From Alphaproteobacteria bacterium (GTDB lineage Bacteria > Pseudomonadota > Alphaproteobacteria > CALKHQ01): 64,000 nucleotides of DNA. Each line of letters opens with the position of its first letter. Within the stretch, counting starts at the first letter, position 1. The translations under genes and the position numbers were made by a program. The notes under the pieces were generated by a model, which had not been told where the DNA came from, did not search any database, and worked only from the letters and a program-made list of their open reading frames with translations. Below are positions 9,865 through 19,528 of the stretch, in pieces. Where the stretch lies: the NCBI GenBank assembly GCA_965227515.1, contig CBDDFZ010000001.1, forward strand, positions 2,976,001 to 3,040,000. The letters are read 5' to 3'.

Positions 9865-11355
9865 TTGACGATGGGGATGATGCGACGTGGCCGGGCGACC
9901 GGCGCGGATGGCGGAATGTACCGCGACATGGTCGAGGACATGCCGGTCAGCGTGATGATCTGTGAGCTTGATAACTTCACGATCACTTACGCTAACAAGT
10001 CTTCGAAAGAGGCACTGACCAGCATCGAAGATGTGCTGCCTATCAAGGCAGATCAGATTGTCGGTCAGTCGATCGACATCTTTCACAAGCAGCCGGAGAT
10101 GCAGCGCAAGCTGCTGAGGGATCCGTCGAACCTGCCGCACAATGCACGCATCAAGGTTGGCGACGAATGGCTGGATCTGCGCATCAGCCCGGTCTTCGAC
10201 AGCGCCGGCAAGTATACCGCCGCCATGCTGACCTGGAGCATCGTGACAGATCAGGTGAAGCGCGACGGCGAAGTCGACCAGTTGATGCAGATGTTGGACG
10301 TGATGCCGATCAACGTCATGCTGGCCGACAAGGACACGCTGGAGCTCACCTACGTCAACAAGACCAGCGTGAACACGCTGCGGCCGTTGCAACACCTGCT
10401 CAAGGTGCCGGTCGACGAACTGAAGGGCACCTGCATCGACGTATTCCACAAGAATCCGTCCCACCAGCGTGCCTTGCTGGGCGACCCGTCGCGGCTGCCC
10501 TTTCACGCCAACATCCAACTGGGCGATGAGCGGCTGTCGCTGCAAGTTGCCGCCATCAACGATGCCGACGGCAATTACCTGGCCCCGATGCTGAACTGGT
10601 CGGTGGTGACCGATCAGCTCACCATGGCGGAGCATGTGCAGGAGGTGACCTCGCTGGTCTCTGCCGCGGCGACGCAGCTGCAGGCCAGCGCCAACGCCAT
10701 GTCGGCCGCGACCGAGCAATCCGGGACCGGCGCCATGACCGTGGCCGAGACGGTGAACGAGCTCAACGAAGCTATTGCCGAGATTTCGAAGCAGGTGACG
10801 ACGGCGGCGAACGTCTCCAGCTCTGCGCAGGACGAATCGGGCAAGTCCAGCCAGTTGATCCAGGGCCTGGAGGATACCGTCGGCAAGATCGGTTCCATCG
10901 TTGGCATCATTCGCGATATCGCGGCACAGACCAACCTGCTGGCGCTGAATGCGACCATCGAGGCAGCCCGCGCCGGTGACGCAGGCAAGGGTTTTGCCGT
11001 CGTGGCCAGTGAGGTCAAGGCGTTGGCGGAGCAGACCGCCAAGGCGACCGACGAGATTTCCGAGCAGATCGGCGAAATTCAGTCAGCCATGACGGCGACC
11101 GTCGACGGCAACCGGTCTATTGCGGCGATCATCTCCCAGATCAACGAGATCACCGCCACGATTGCGGCCTCGGTCGAGGAACAGGCGGCGTCGACGGAAG
11201 CGGTCAAGGCGAACATCGATTCAGTATCGGAGGGCGTCTCGGAATCCGGTGAGAACGCCGTCGCGGTGCTCAACGCAGCGACCGACCTTGCCGAGCAGGC
11301 GGAAACACTGAACGGTCACATCACAACATTCATGCAGAAGATCAACGCAGCCTGA
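9865..11355 (+). CDS. Soluble methyl-accepting chemotaxis protein with two Aer2-type PAS domains
   Basis: No TM; two IDxFHKxP PAS repeats; [27 protein letters not shown]; start uncertain (9865-9917). Confidence 0.9.
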   Translation: MTMGMMRRGRATGADGGMYRDMVEDMPVSVMICELDNFTITYANKSSKEALTSIEDVLPIKADQIVGQSIDIFHKQPEMQRKLLRDPSNLPHNARIKVGDEWLDLRISPVFDSAGKYTAAMLTWSIVTDQVKRDGEVDQLMQMLDVMPINVMLADKDTLELTYVNKTSVNTLRPLQHLLKVPVDELKGTCIDVFHKNPSHQRALLGDPSRLPFHANIQLGDERLSLQVAAINDADGNYLAPMLNWSVVTDQLTMAEHVQEVTSLVSAAATQLQASANAMSAATEQSGTGAMTVAETVNELNEAIAEISKQVTTAANVSSSAQDESGKSSQLIQGLEDTVGKIGSIVGIIRDIAAQTNLLALNATIEAARAGDAGKGFAVVASEVKALAEQTAKATDEISEQIGEIQSAMTATVDGNRSIAAIISQINEITATIAASVEEQAASTEAVKANIDSVSEGVSESGENAVAVLNAATDLAEQAETLNGHITTFMQKINAA

Positions 11356-11389
11356 CAAGCCACTGTTATAGATACGATAACAGGGCTAC

Positions 11390-12376
11390 TTAGCCTGCGC
11401 CACCGACCAGCCGCTGGGCGGCGACGATGGTGTCCAACAGGGCATCCAACTCGCCGTTCGGCGGCTCGCCGCCGATCTCGCCGGCCTGGTAGAGCGCAAT
11501 CGGCGTGGCCAGGATTTCCGGCAGGGTGTCGGCGCAGGAGAAATCGCCGGCGACCGACTTCACCTTGGTGTTGTCGAACACCACCGACTGAACCTTGTCG
11601 CCCAGCAATGGGCCGGTCCACTGCGGCCGAAAGCGCATCAGCGTTTCCGTCGGCACGTGCACGATGTCGGCCTTCAGCCCGAATGCATCGGCAATGGCAT
11701 GGGTGACCTGGTCCCAGGTGTGGGCACGGTCGGCGGTGATGTGGAATGCCTCGCCCAGGGCCTTGGCATTACCCAACAGCCGCACGAACGGCACCGCTAG
11801 ATCCTCTGAGCGGGTCAGGGTCCACAGGCTGGTGCCGTCGCCGGGGACGACGATCGCGGCACCGCGGCGCATGCGGTCGACCGCCAGCCAGCCTTCGCCG
11901 AGTGCGGTCGGCAAATGGGTGCGGACGGTGTGGCTGGGGCGCACGATGGTCCAGGGCACGCTGTCCTGGCCGCGGATGACCGCCTCGGCCTCCGCCTTGA
12001 GGCGGCTGTATTCCCAGTACGGATTGACCAGCGGCACGTCCTCGGTGATCGGCCAAGTGTCGACCGGCTTCTTGTAGGCGGAGGCCGAGGAGACGAACAA
12101 ATACTGCCCGGTGTTGCCGCGAAACGCATCCAGGTCGCGGCCGACATGCGCCGGCGTGAAGCCGATGAACTGACAGACCGCGTCCCACCCCTCGTCGGCG
12201 ACCGCCGCAAGGGTTGCGTCGTCGTGGTAGTCGCCGACAATGGTGCGAACGTCGGGCAGGGTGGTGCGTTCGCCGCGGTTGAACACCGAGACGTCGTGAC
12301 CGAGAGTCACCGCCTGCTTGACGCATTCAAGCGAAATCTGGCCGGTGCCGCCGATGAATAGAATCTTGCCGTGCAT
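11390..12376 (-). CDS. NAD-dependent epimerase/dehydratase
   Basis: ILFIGGTGQIS, FVSSASAY, YSRLK, TIVRP. Confidence 0.88.
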   Translation of the reverse strand: MHGKILFIGGTGQISLECVKQAVTLGHDVSVFNRGERTTLPDVRTIVGDYHDDATLAAVADEGWDAVCQFIGFTPAHVGRDLDAFRGNTGQYLFVSSASAYKKPVDTWPITEDVPLVNPYWEYSRLKAEAEAVIRGQDSVPWTIVRPSHTVRTHLPTALGEGWLAVDRMRRGAAIVVPGDGTSLWTLTRSEDLAVPFVRLLGNAKALGEAFHITADRAHTWDQVTHAIADAFGLKADIVHVPTETLMRFRPQWTGPLLGDKVQSVVFDNTKVKSVAGDFSCADTLPEILATPIALYQAGEIGGEPPNGELDALLDTIVAAQRLVGGAG

Positions 12377-12478
12377 AAGCGCATCTTCCGCTGTGCGCGG
12401 CGATGGTGCAACGGCGTATTCGCTCGCTTGACGCGACCGCGGCCGAAAGCCGGCCGTCGTGCGCCATTCGGTCTGACT

Positions 12479-12688
12479 CTAGCGAGCCGCCGTCTTGGAG
12501 CGTTTCAATTTGGCTGCTTGTTTGTCGGCCTTTTCGGCTTCTTCCTTGGCCAGACGCAGCGCCTTCAGGCGTGCCGTCTTCTCCCGTGCTGCCGCGTCCG
12601 CCTGGTCACGCTCGGATTGCGTGTCGGTCGGTTGGCGCGTCAGCTTGGCGAACCTTTCCTCGGCTCGCGCGCGCGCATCGCGCATCAT
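12479..12688 (-). CDS. Small basic coiled-coil protein downstream of cspA
   Basis: REKTARLKALRLAKE motif typical of alphaproteobacterial csp neighbours; AGGT RBS. Confidence 0.65.
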   Translation of the reverse strand: MMRDARARAEERFAKLTRQPTDTQSERDQADAAAREKTARLKALRLAKEEAEKADKQAAKLKRSKTAAR

Positions 12689-12804
12689 ATGTTCGTACCT
12701 ACTGCTGTGGCTGGGATTTGGGAAACGGGGCGCGCCGCCATCGGCCGACCGCATCGGGGCCTGGCCATGGCGACGCGCCAACCTGGGCTGAACCGTGCCC
12801 GGCG

Positions 12805-13014
12805 TCAGTCGATCAGCGAGATGTTCTCGGCTGCGGACTTGCCGTTGCGGCCCGGCTGCAGTTCGTACTGTACCTTCTGGCCCTCATGCAGGGTGCTGAG
12901 ACCGGCGCGCTCCACGGCGGAGATGTGCACGAAGGCGTCCTTGCCACCGTCGTCGGGCTGGATGAAGCCATAACCCTTGGTGGTATTGAAGAATTTCACG
13001 GTTCCACTGGCCAT
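12805..13014 (-). CDS. cspA: Cold-shock protein
   Basis: GTVKFFNTTKGYGFI, DAFVHISAV. Confidence 0.95.
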   Translation of the reverse strand: MASGTVKFFNTTKGYGFIQPDDGGKDAFVHISAVERAGLSTLHEGQKVQYELQPGRNGKSAAENISLID

Positions 13015-13330
13015 TGTCATTCCTTTGACACGTGAGGGGGTTCAAGCAGCTCACACCATGTTTGCTGCGTGGGGGATTGAAACGTTCACAATGTCTAGGA
13101 TGGACCGTGTGCCAAGCTGGCTCTACCGGTCAATGCACCAGCATCTGTAAAACGCACATCGGATAAATCCGACAAATGCGGCGGAATTTCAAGCCCTTTT
13201 GGGCATCCTGGCAAAATTTTCACGGGACTTGCGACCCGCGCGCCGCAGCCCGATATGTGCCCTGTACGCGGTCTCATGAAGTTTTGACAGCGCCAAGGGG
13301 TTATGCCAATACCTCAAGGATTCCGCGCGT

Positions 13331-13407
13331 CGGGGCGTAGCTCAGCCTGGTAGAGTGCTTGCTTTGGGAGCAAGATGTCGCTGGTTCGAATCCAGTCGCC
13401 CCGACCA
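13331..13407 (+). tRNA. tRNA-Pro (TGG)
   Basis: Cloverleaf; anticodon arm CTTGC-TTTGGGA-GCAAG; GTTCGAA T-loop; encoded CCA. Confidence 0.97.
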
Positions 13408-13500
13408 GCGCCACCACTAGCGCCTTGGCGACGCCGGAGAATGCGCCGCCGGGGCTGCCGATACACCGGCCGACCTTGAGGATGGAGCAGGGTAACCGCC

Positions 13501-13806
13501 ATGCAGGTGCGAATCTATCAGCCGGCCCGCAATGCCATGCAATCCGGGCGGGCCAAGACCAAGCGCTGGCTGCTGGAGTTCGAGCCGGCTGCCCGGCGCA
13601 GCGCCGACCCGCTGATGGGCTGGACCAGCTCGCCCGATACGCGCCAGCAGCTTCGCCTGTCGTTCGACAGCAAGGAAGAGGCCGTTGCCTATGCCAAGGC
13701 CCATGGCCTGATGTACACGGTGCAGGAGCCGAACCTACGTGTCGTCAAGCCCCGGGCCTATGCCGACAATTTCGCCTGGAAGCGCCAGCAGCCCTGGACC
13801 CACTGA
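13501..13806 (+). CDS. Complex I accessory subunit, NDUFS4-like (ETC_C1_NDUFA4)
   Basis: RIYQPARNAMQSG, DPLMGWTSS, YADNF. Confidence 0.93.
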   Translation: MQVRIYQPARNAMQSGRAKTKRWLLEFEPAARRSADPLMGWTSSPDTRQQLRLSFDSKEEAVAYAKAHGLMYTVQEPNLRVVKPRAYADNFAWKRQQPWTH

Positions 13807-13875
13807 ACCGCGGATCCAGTAGCCGGCCGGTCCGCCGCCGGGCCGCGCGGGCAACGCCTTGCACACGCACATCAC

Positions 13876-13952
13876 GGCCCCGTAGCTCAACAGGATAGAG
13901 CATCAGCCTTCTAAGCTGAATGTTGCAGGTTCGAGCCCTGCCGGGGTCGCCA
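13876..13952 (+). tRNA. tRNA-Arg (TCT)
   Basis: Anticodon arm TCAGC-CTTCTAA-GCTGA; GTTCGAG; CCA end. Confidence 0.97.
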
Positions 13953-13987
13953 TTCCCGTCCGGTGGTCCGGGCGGGGGCGGCGGCCG

Positions 13988-14719
13988 CTACAGCGCTGCC
14001 TTCAGTTCGGTGATTTTATGGCCGAACGCCTTGTAGCCCATGTCCTCGGCCTCGTTGAAGATCTGCTCCGCCCAATAGATCGTTCGCCACACCGAAAGCG
14101 CCTCTGGCGTGGCGAAATAGTGCCCGGTGGACACGACCGACGTCTTGCCGTTGCTGACGTTCACGGTGTGCGACCAGTCATTCACCGTGTCGAAGATGTC
14201 GACCTGGATTTCGCCCTGCAAGTTGCTGTCTTCAATCAAACTCTGAACCTGCGCGATGGCTTCGGTATAGCTTTTGCTATCGTTGACGAAGCTGAGGTTC
14301 TGCAGGCCGACTCTGGCGATCGCCTTGGACCCGGTCGGTGCGGCTTCCTTGTTGCCCTCCACCGTACCGGCAAGTTGCGCCAGCGCCTTGGAGAGGTTGC
14401 TGGTCAGGGCCTTCTTGTTCTTGCCGGTGACCCATTTGAGCTGGACCACGTTCAACTGGCTGGTCGGGGCGTCCCTGTAATAGACATCGCCAACCTTCGA
14501 CGCGGAGTCCGTTGGGAAATGGGCGTTCATCTCGCGCTGGTGCTCCCAGCGGAACAGCTCGAACAACGGCCCCGTGGTCGCGGTGCGCCGAACGTCTGCG
14601 TTGCCCGACCTGATATGGACGGCCAGCGTGCCCAGATTGGACGTGACTTCCGATTTCGGAACGCCGCCGCCAATCAGATTGCGGCACAGCGCTTCAATAT
14701 CTTCGAGGATACTTGGCAT
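13988..14719 (-). CDS. Hypothetical protein, possible PD-(D/E)xK nuclease
   Basis: Long ORF with natural composition; GPLFE..VGDV..VVQLK motif spacing. Confidence 0.55.
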   Translation of the reverse strand: MPSILEDIEALCRNLIGGGVPKSEVTSNLGTLAVHIRSGNADVRRTATTGPLFELFRWEHQREMNAHFPTDSASKVGDVYYRDAPTSQLNVVQLKWVTGKNKKALTSNLSKALAQLAGTVEGNKEAAPTGSKAIARVGLQNLSFVNDSKSYTEAIAQVQSLIEDSNLQGEIQVDIFDTVNDWSHTVNVSNGKTSVVSTGHYFATPEALSVWRTIYWAEQIFNEAEDMGYKAFGHKITELKAAL

Positions 14720-15082
14720 GGCGGTGCATCCCTGGGCCGATAGGTTGTCCTGGTGGCATGGCAAGTCGCGAAGTTGACGCTGTCATCGCCAAGTAAAATT
14801 CGACAATATTTCCAAGAAAAGTTCAATAATACAAAAGTATCTCCCGAAAAACCTACGTTTCTTCCAGGCTGGCCGGCGTCGATTACCCCGTCCGGGTTAG
14901 AGGCAGGCCGGATATGTCTCTGCTGCGGTGGGCCATGTGGCGGGCAGCCTGCCCGCAGGCCATCAGCCAGCATGCCGTGCAGTTGCCTTCAATTCCGGAT
15001 GTCTTGAGTTGCCGATTGCGTTTTCAACCCAACTCAACAATAGTTTGGTCCGGGGAATGTACGCATAGGTAGTGGGGGGATT

Positions 15083-15913
15083 ATGTTAATGCATATTGTG
15101 CGGCCGTCGTTGGCCGCGATCGCAATTCTTGCGGCCGGTTGCCAGAGCGGCGTCGTCAGCCGTTCCGCGCCGGCGCCCAGCCAGCTCTATTCGGGCACCA
15201 TCACGCCCCTGACCGGGCCGGTCGAGGTGACGCCCGCGTCCGCGTTTGGCTTAGGCTACAGCGCGCAGTTGACCGGCAGCGTGTCTTATTTCGATGAGTC
15301 CAGGTCGGTCCGAGACAACCTGTCGGGCACGATGAACGTGGACTACGTGCCGGGCGATCGGGTCACCGTGCGCCTGGATATCCTGAGTGTTTCGGCGGAC
15401 TATTCAGATGAACTGCCGGACGGGCCGTTCACCTACATCTACGAGGTCGATCTCAAGCGAGAGCAGATCTCCACCGACATGATCCGATCGGACGGGCGGC
15501 CGTTCTCGGCCAGCGAGTTACGCGCGGCGGACGGCACCATGGCGGACCTTGTTCCGGTGCGGGGGTGGGCCGCCGGCACCATGACCCAGGGGGCGACGGT
15601 GGGCACCCTGACCATCAACTCGGTCGGCAGCGGCGGTTCGGTCACCGCCTCAACTACCGACGTGCCATTGACGGTTCTTGGCCAGACGACGCACCAGGGC
15701 CGGCCCGCCATCGTCATCGGGCTCGGCACCCGGATCGACGGCCCGTCCGACGGCAGCTCCATCTCGGGCTATTATGTGGTCGATCAGCAGACCGCCATCA
15801 TCCTGGAGCGCAAGTGGCACACCGCCAGCGCCGACTATGGCAATGTGACCGGCTATGTGCACGCCGGCCGCTTCCTCTACGACAGCACCACTATCACGCG
15901 CGTGCAGTTTTGA
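15083..15913 (+). CDS. Putative lipoprotein, beta-rich
   Basis: GGGGGA RBS; lipobox LAAGC. Confidence 0.7.
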   Translation: MLMHIVRPSLAAIAILAAGCQSGVVSRSAPAPSQLYSGTITPLTGPVEVTPASAFGLGYSAQLTGSVSYFDESRSVRDNLSGTMNVDYVPGDRVTVRLDILSVSADYSDELPDGPFTYIYEVDLKREQISTDMIRSDGRPFSASELRAADGTMADLVPVRGWAAGTMTQGATVGTLTINSVGSGGSVTASTTDVPLTVLGQTTHQGRPAIVIGLGTRIDGPSDGSSISGYYVVDQQTAIILERKWHTASADYGNVTGYVHAGRFLYDSTTITRVQF

Positions 15914-15934
15914 GGGTGAGGGGGCAGATGGCCG

Positions 15935-17047
15935 CTACTTCACCAGATACTTCTCGATGATCTCCGGGTTCGGGTCGACGCCCAGGCCCGGCTCGGTCGG
16001 CAGGTGGGCGTAGCCGTCCTCGATCCGCACCGGGTTCCTGGCCAGGCTTGAGCTGATCTCGCTCGGCTCGACGCAGTATTCCATCACCAGCGCATTCTGG
16101 ATCGCGCACAGGAAGTGCAGCGAGGCGGCGGTGTTGATGTCGGTGGTGAAGTTGTGGTTGCAGACCTTGCGGCCCTTCAGCGCCGCCGACTGGGCGATGC
16201 GCATCGACTGGGTGAAGCCGCAGCGGGTCAGGTCGATCTGCACCACGTCGATGCCGCCTTCGTCCATCAGCCGCTCGAAGCCGACGGCGGTGCATTCCTC
16301 CTCGCCGGCGGCGATGCGGGTGTCGGTGCCGGCCGACACCTTGCCATAGCCCGCATAGTCGTCCGGGTGCAGCGGCTCCTCGATCCAGAACAGATCGTAG
16401 GGGTCGAACAGTCGGGCCCGTTTCAGCGTGGTCTTGGCATCCCAGATCAGGCCGACGTCCAGCATCAGGTCGACATCGTCGCCGATGGCTTTGCGGATCC
16501 CCTCCAGATAGGCGCAGTCGGTCCGCGCATCCTGGCCGAACGGCTCCCAGCCGAACTTCACGCCGGTGTGCCCGGTGTCCACGGCACGCTTGGCGCGGGC
16601 GACGGTGTCCTCCACCGTGAACTGGAACATATTGGACGAATAGACCCGCATGCGGTCGCGCAGCGCGCCGCCGAGCAGCTCCACGATGGGCTTGCCCAGC
16701 GCCTTGCCCTTGATGTCCCACAGCGCGATGTCGATGCCGGCCATGGCCTGAATCACCGCGCCCTGGCGCCCGTAATAGAGGGTGGCGTCATACATCTTCT
16801 GCCACAGCCGCCCGGTTTCCAGCGGGTTCTCGCCGACCAGCAGACCGGCCAGCCCGGTCACCAGGGTGTGGGAATAGGGCGCCTCGACAATCGCCTTGGT
16901 GACGTAGGGGGAGCCGTCGACCTCGCCCCAGCCGGTGATGCCGGCATCGGTCTCGATGCGGATCAGCAGCGCGTCCTGCGAGCTGTCCGTGCGGGCCTGA
17001 ATCTCGGGCAGGCGCAGGTAGAGCGCTGAAACGTCAGTGATTTTCAT
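15935..17047 (-). CDS. Mandelate racemase/muconate-lactonizing enzyme (enolase superfamily)
   Basis: AGIDIALWDIKGK, LMLD, WIEEP, AAGE. Confidence 0.92.
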   Translation of the reverse strand: MKITDVSALYLRLPEIQARTDSSQDALLIRIETDAGITGWGEVDGSPYVTKAIVEAPYSHTLVTGLAGLLVGENPLETGRLWQKMYDATLYYGRQGAVIQAMAGIDIALWDIKGKALGKPIVELLGGALRDRMRVYSSNMFQFTVEDTVARAKRAVDTGHTGVKFGWEPFGQDARTDCAYLEGIRKAIGDDVDLMLDVGLIWDAKTTLKRARLFDPYDLFWIEEPLHPDDYAGYGKVSAGTDTRIAAGEEECTAVGFERLMDEGGIDVVQIDLTRCGFTQSMRIAQSAALKGRKVCNHNFTTDINTAASLHFLCAIQNALVMEYCVEPSEISSSLARNPVRIEDGYAHLPTEPGLGVDPNPEIIEKYLVK

Positions 17048-17146
17048 GGGTCCCCCAACAGGAATTCTGCGCGCCCGGGGCGCGTGAGTCGGTCGGATTG
17101 TAGCGGGTAACCCGGCGGATGCGACCGGAATCCCGCGCCCCAGTCC

Positions 17147-17201
17147 ATCAGCTTGTCGATCAGTTTGCCGATCAGCTTGCCGATCAGCTTGTCGATCAGC
17201 T
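17147..17201. repeat. 12-bp tandem repeat x~4.5 (ATCAGCTTGYCG)
   Basis: atcagcttgtcg atcagtttgccg atcagcttgccg atcagcttgtcg atcagct. Confidence 0.85.
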
Positions 17202-17570
17202 GGAAATCAGGCGCCAGGTGCCGTCGTCATTGCGGCAGGCGGTGTTCTGGTAGGTCGCCATGCGCTCCGCCACCCGCACTTCCTCCGAGAAGTCGCGGCA
17301 GAAATAGCCGGCGTCGGTCTGGAACGTGTCGGTCGGCCACACGGCGCCGCCGTTGCCTGTCGTGGCATTGCTCCATTCGACCCGCACGCCGTCGGCCGAG
17401 TTCTCAAGCGACGACTGCATGGCGCCGACCGCCATGGCGATGTCCTCGTTGCTCAGTTCGGAACGCAGGTCGGGCTGGAAGATGGTTTCCGAAAACGCCC
17501 TGACACCTTCGCAGCCGGCGGTCGAGGCGACCGCGCCGCCGATGGCGAGCGCCAACGCAAGTCGATGCAT
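17196..17570 (-). CDS. RT0821/Lpp0805 (17-kDa surface antigen-like) lipoprotein
   Basis: TAGC lipobox; WSNATTGNGG, CRDF, TACR..DGTW. Confidence 0.85.
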   Translation of the reverse strand: MHRLALALAIGGAVASTAGCEGVRAFSETIFQPDLRSELSNEDIAMAVGAMQSSLENSADGVRVEWSNATTGNGGAVWPTDTFQTDAGYFCRDFSEEVRVAERMATYQNTACRNDDGTWRLISS

Positions 17571-17726
17571 TGCAGGTTTCCGTTCGGTGGGGGAATGGCC
17601 GCGGCGCGAAGGCTTGGGCCCCGGCCGCGGCTGTCGGTTGAACGTACCGGCGAAGCGCCGGCTTATGGGCCGCGAGATGTCGGGCCATAGGTCGATGGGC
17701 GGGACGCTGCAAGCGCCTGCGAAAGA

Positions 17727-18647
17727 CTAGATGTCTTCCTTGTCTTCGTCGGGATCGTTGCCGGGCCGCTCGCCGGCACGCGCCGCGGCCAGGTCATCCT
17801 CGTCCACGTCGCCGTCACCGTCCACGTCCAGGTCGGCCAGCGCCCAGTCGGTCTGTGGCCCGTTGCCGGGCTTGATGCCGGCGGTCGCCGCGGCGAGTTC
17901 GGCCTCCAGTTCCTCGATGGCGTCGTCGTCCTCGGCCTCCTTGGCCTCGGCCAGGGCGTCGGCCAGATCGCCGAGGCCGTTCTCATCAGGCGTGCCCCAG
18001 TTGGCCTGGTGCGCACCGACGCTCGGGTTCAGGCCCAGCTCGCGAGCGATCGCCACGAAGGTGGAAACGCGCTGCCCGTGGTTGGGGAAGTTGTCATCGG
18101 TGCGCTGGCCGGGCGGGGTCCAGCCATTGGCAATCAGCATATTGGTTTCGTCGGACGAGAACCCGACCACCTCGTTGCCGACATTACCGGCATAGCCGCC
18201 GCGACCGTTGCCGTTGCCATTGCCGACATTGCTGGCGCCGAACTCCTCGATGGCGTCGGCATAGCGCGCCAGCCCGTTGCCGTTGCCGGCGCCATTGCCA
18301 CCGGCGTTATCGTTCCCATTGCCGTTTCCGTTACCGTTGGCATTGGCCCATGGGGGCGGGCCGCCATTGCCGCCGCCGTTGCCATTTCCGTTGCCGCCGG
18401 CATTGCCGCCGCCATTGCCATTGCCATTTCCACGGCCGCCGCCATTGCCGCCGCCGTTTCCATTGCCGTTGCCGCCGGCGTTGCTGTTGTTGCTGTTGCC
18501 CTGGGCGAAGGCGGCATCGCCGCCAAGGCTGACCGTGCCGTCGCCAAGGCTGATCAGACTGCCGGCGGCGAGCGCAACCACGGCAACCGAGCCGGTCAGG
18601 ACACGGCGAACCGCGGAAACATGACGAGTTTTGACAGAACGGAACAT
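17727..18647 (-). CDS. Secreted Gly/Asn-repeat protein with C-terminal EF-hand-like loop
   Basis: Signal peptide (AAFA); about 100 aa of GNGNG repeats; DVDGDGDVDEDD. Confidence 0.75.
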   Translation of the reverse strand: MFRSVKTRHVSAVRRVLTGSVAVVALAAGSLISLGDGTVSLGGDAAFAQGNSNNSNAGGNGNGNGGGNGGGRGNGNGNGGGNAGGNGNGNGGGNGGPPPWANANGNGNGNGNDNAGGNGAGNGNGLARYADAIEEFGASNVGNGNGNGRGGYAGNVGNEVVGFSSDETNMLIANGWTPPGQRTDDNFPNHGQRVSTFVAIARELGLNPSVGAHQANWGTPDENGLGDLADALAEAKEAEDDDAIEELEAELAAATAGIKPGNGPQTDWALADLDVDGDGDVDEDDLAAARAGERPGNDPDEDKEDI

Positions 18648-18839
18648 TGGCTACCTTCCAAAGACGATTCAAGATCGGGGGTGTTCGAATTATAACACAC
18701 CGCCAAATGGAAGCCGGTTAACGATTTTTACAATTTGTCCACAATTGACTCAAAGCCAGTGTTTCATTCCGCACGGTCTTGGCGTCTTCTTATGTCCGGC
18801 GCCGGGAGCGCAAGCGACTGGCCGGTAAGCGCGGACCGG

Positions 18840-19502
18840 TCAGAGCACCCCGTGGCGGGCGAATACGTCGCGCAGCTTGTCGCCTTTGGCCAGGTCCTCG
18901 CGCACCTGGTCCTCCGCCGCCACCTTCTCCAGCGACTTCTCGATGGCTTCGGCCGCGCTGGCCTGGGGCAGCACCACCACGCCATCGACGTCGCCGAACA
19001 CGTAATCGCCGGTGCGGACCAGCACGCCGCCGCAGCGCACCGGCACGTCGATGCGCATCACCGTGCCGCGCCCCTTGCTGTCCAATGGCCCAATCCCGCC
19101 CGCGAACACGGGAAAGCCCATCTGGCGGATCATCCGCACGTCACGCACCAGGCCGTCGGTCACGCAGCCGGCCGCCTTGCGGGCGGTCGCGGCCGTGCTC
19201 AACAGCTCGCCCCATGGCGCCACGCGATGGCTGGCCGGGCATGCCAGCACCGCCACCTCGTCGGCCTTCAGGTCGTCGACCAGTTCGATTTCCAGGTCAT
19301 AGGGGTTCTCGCCCGGCGTTTCGGCGAACACTTCCATGTAGAGCCCGGTGCGCGCGCGGCCGAACAGGATCAGGTTCTCGTCCAGCGGGCGCACGTTCGG
19401 TGTCATCGCCTGCTCGGTGTGGCCCAGGCTGTCCAGCGTATCGGACAGGACGGCAGAGTACAGCGAGGCGCGGGCGTGCGTGATAAGCTCTGTGTTCAGC
19501 AT
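18840..19502 (-). CDS. RraA-family protein / HMG aldolase
   Basis: WGELL, DGLVRD, GDYVFGDVDGVVV. Confidence 0.9.
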   Translation of the reverse strand: MLNTELITHARASLYSAVLSDTLDSLGHTEQAMTPNVRPLDENLILFGRARTGLYMEVFAETPGENPYDLEIELVDDLKADEVAVLACPASHRVAPWGELLSTAATARKAAGCVTDGLVRDVRMIRQMGFPVFAGGIGPLDSKGRGTVMRIDVPVRCGGVLVRTGDYVFGDVDGVVVLPQASAAEAIEKSLEKVAAEDQVREDLAKGDKLRDVFARHGVL

Positions 19503-19528
19503 GGTGAGACGTTCCGGGGGGACGAGGC

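Noticed and set aside
13876-15913. Integrative element at tRNA-Arg
   Set aside because: No integrase and no duplicated tRNA 3' end found by eye
17147-18500. CRISPR array
   Set aside because: The repeats are spacer-less tandem units or coding low-complexity sequence; no cas genes
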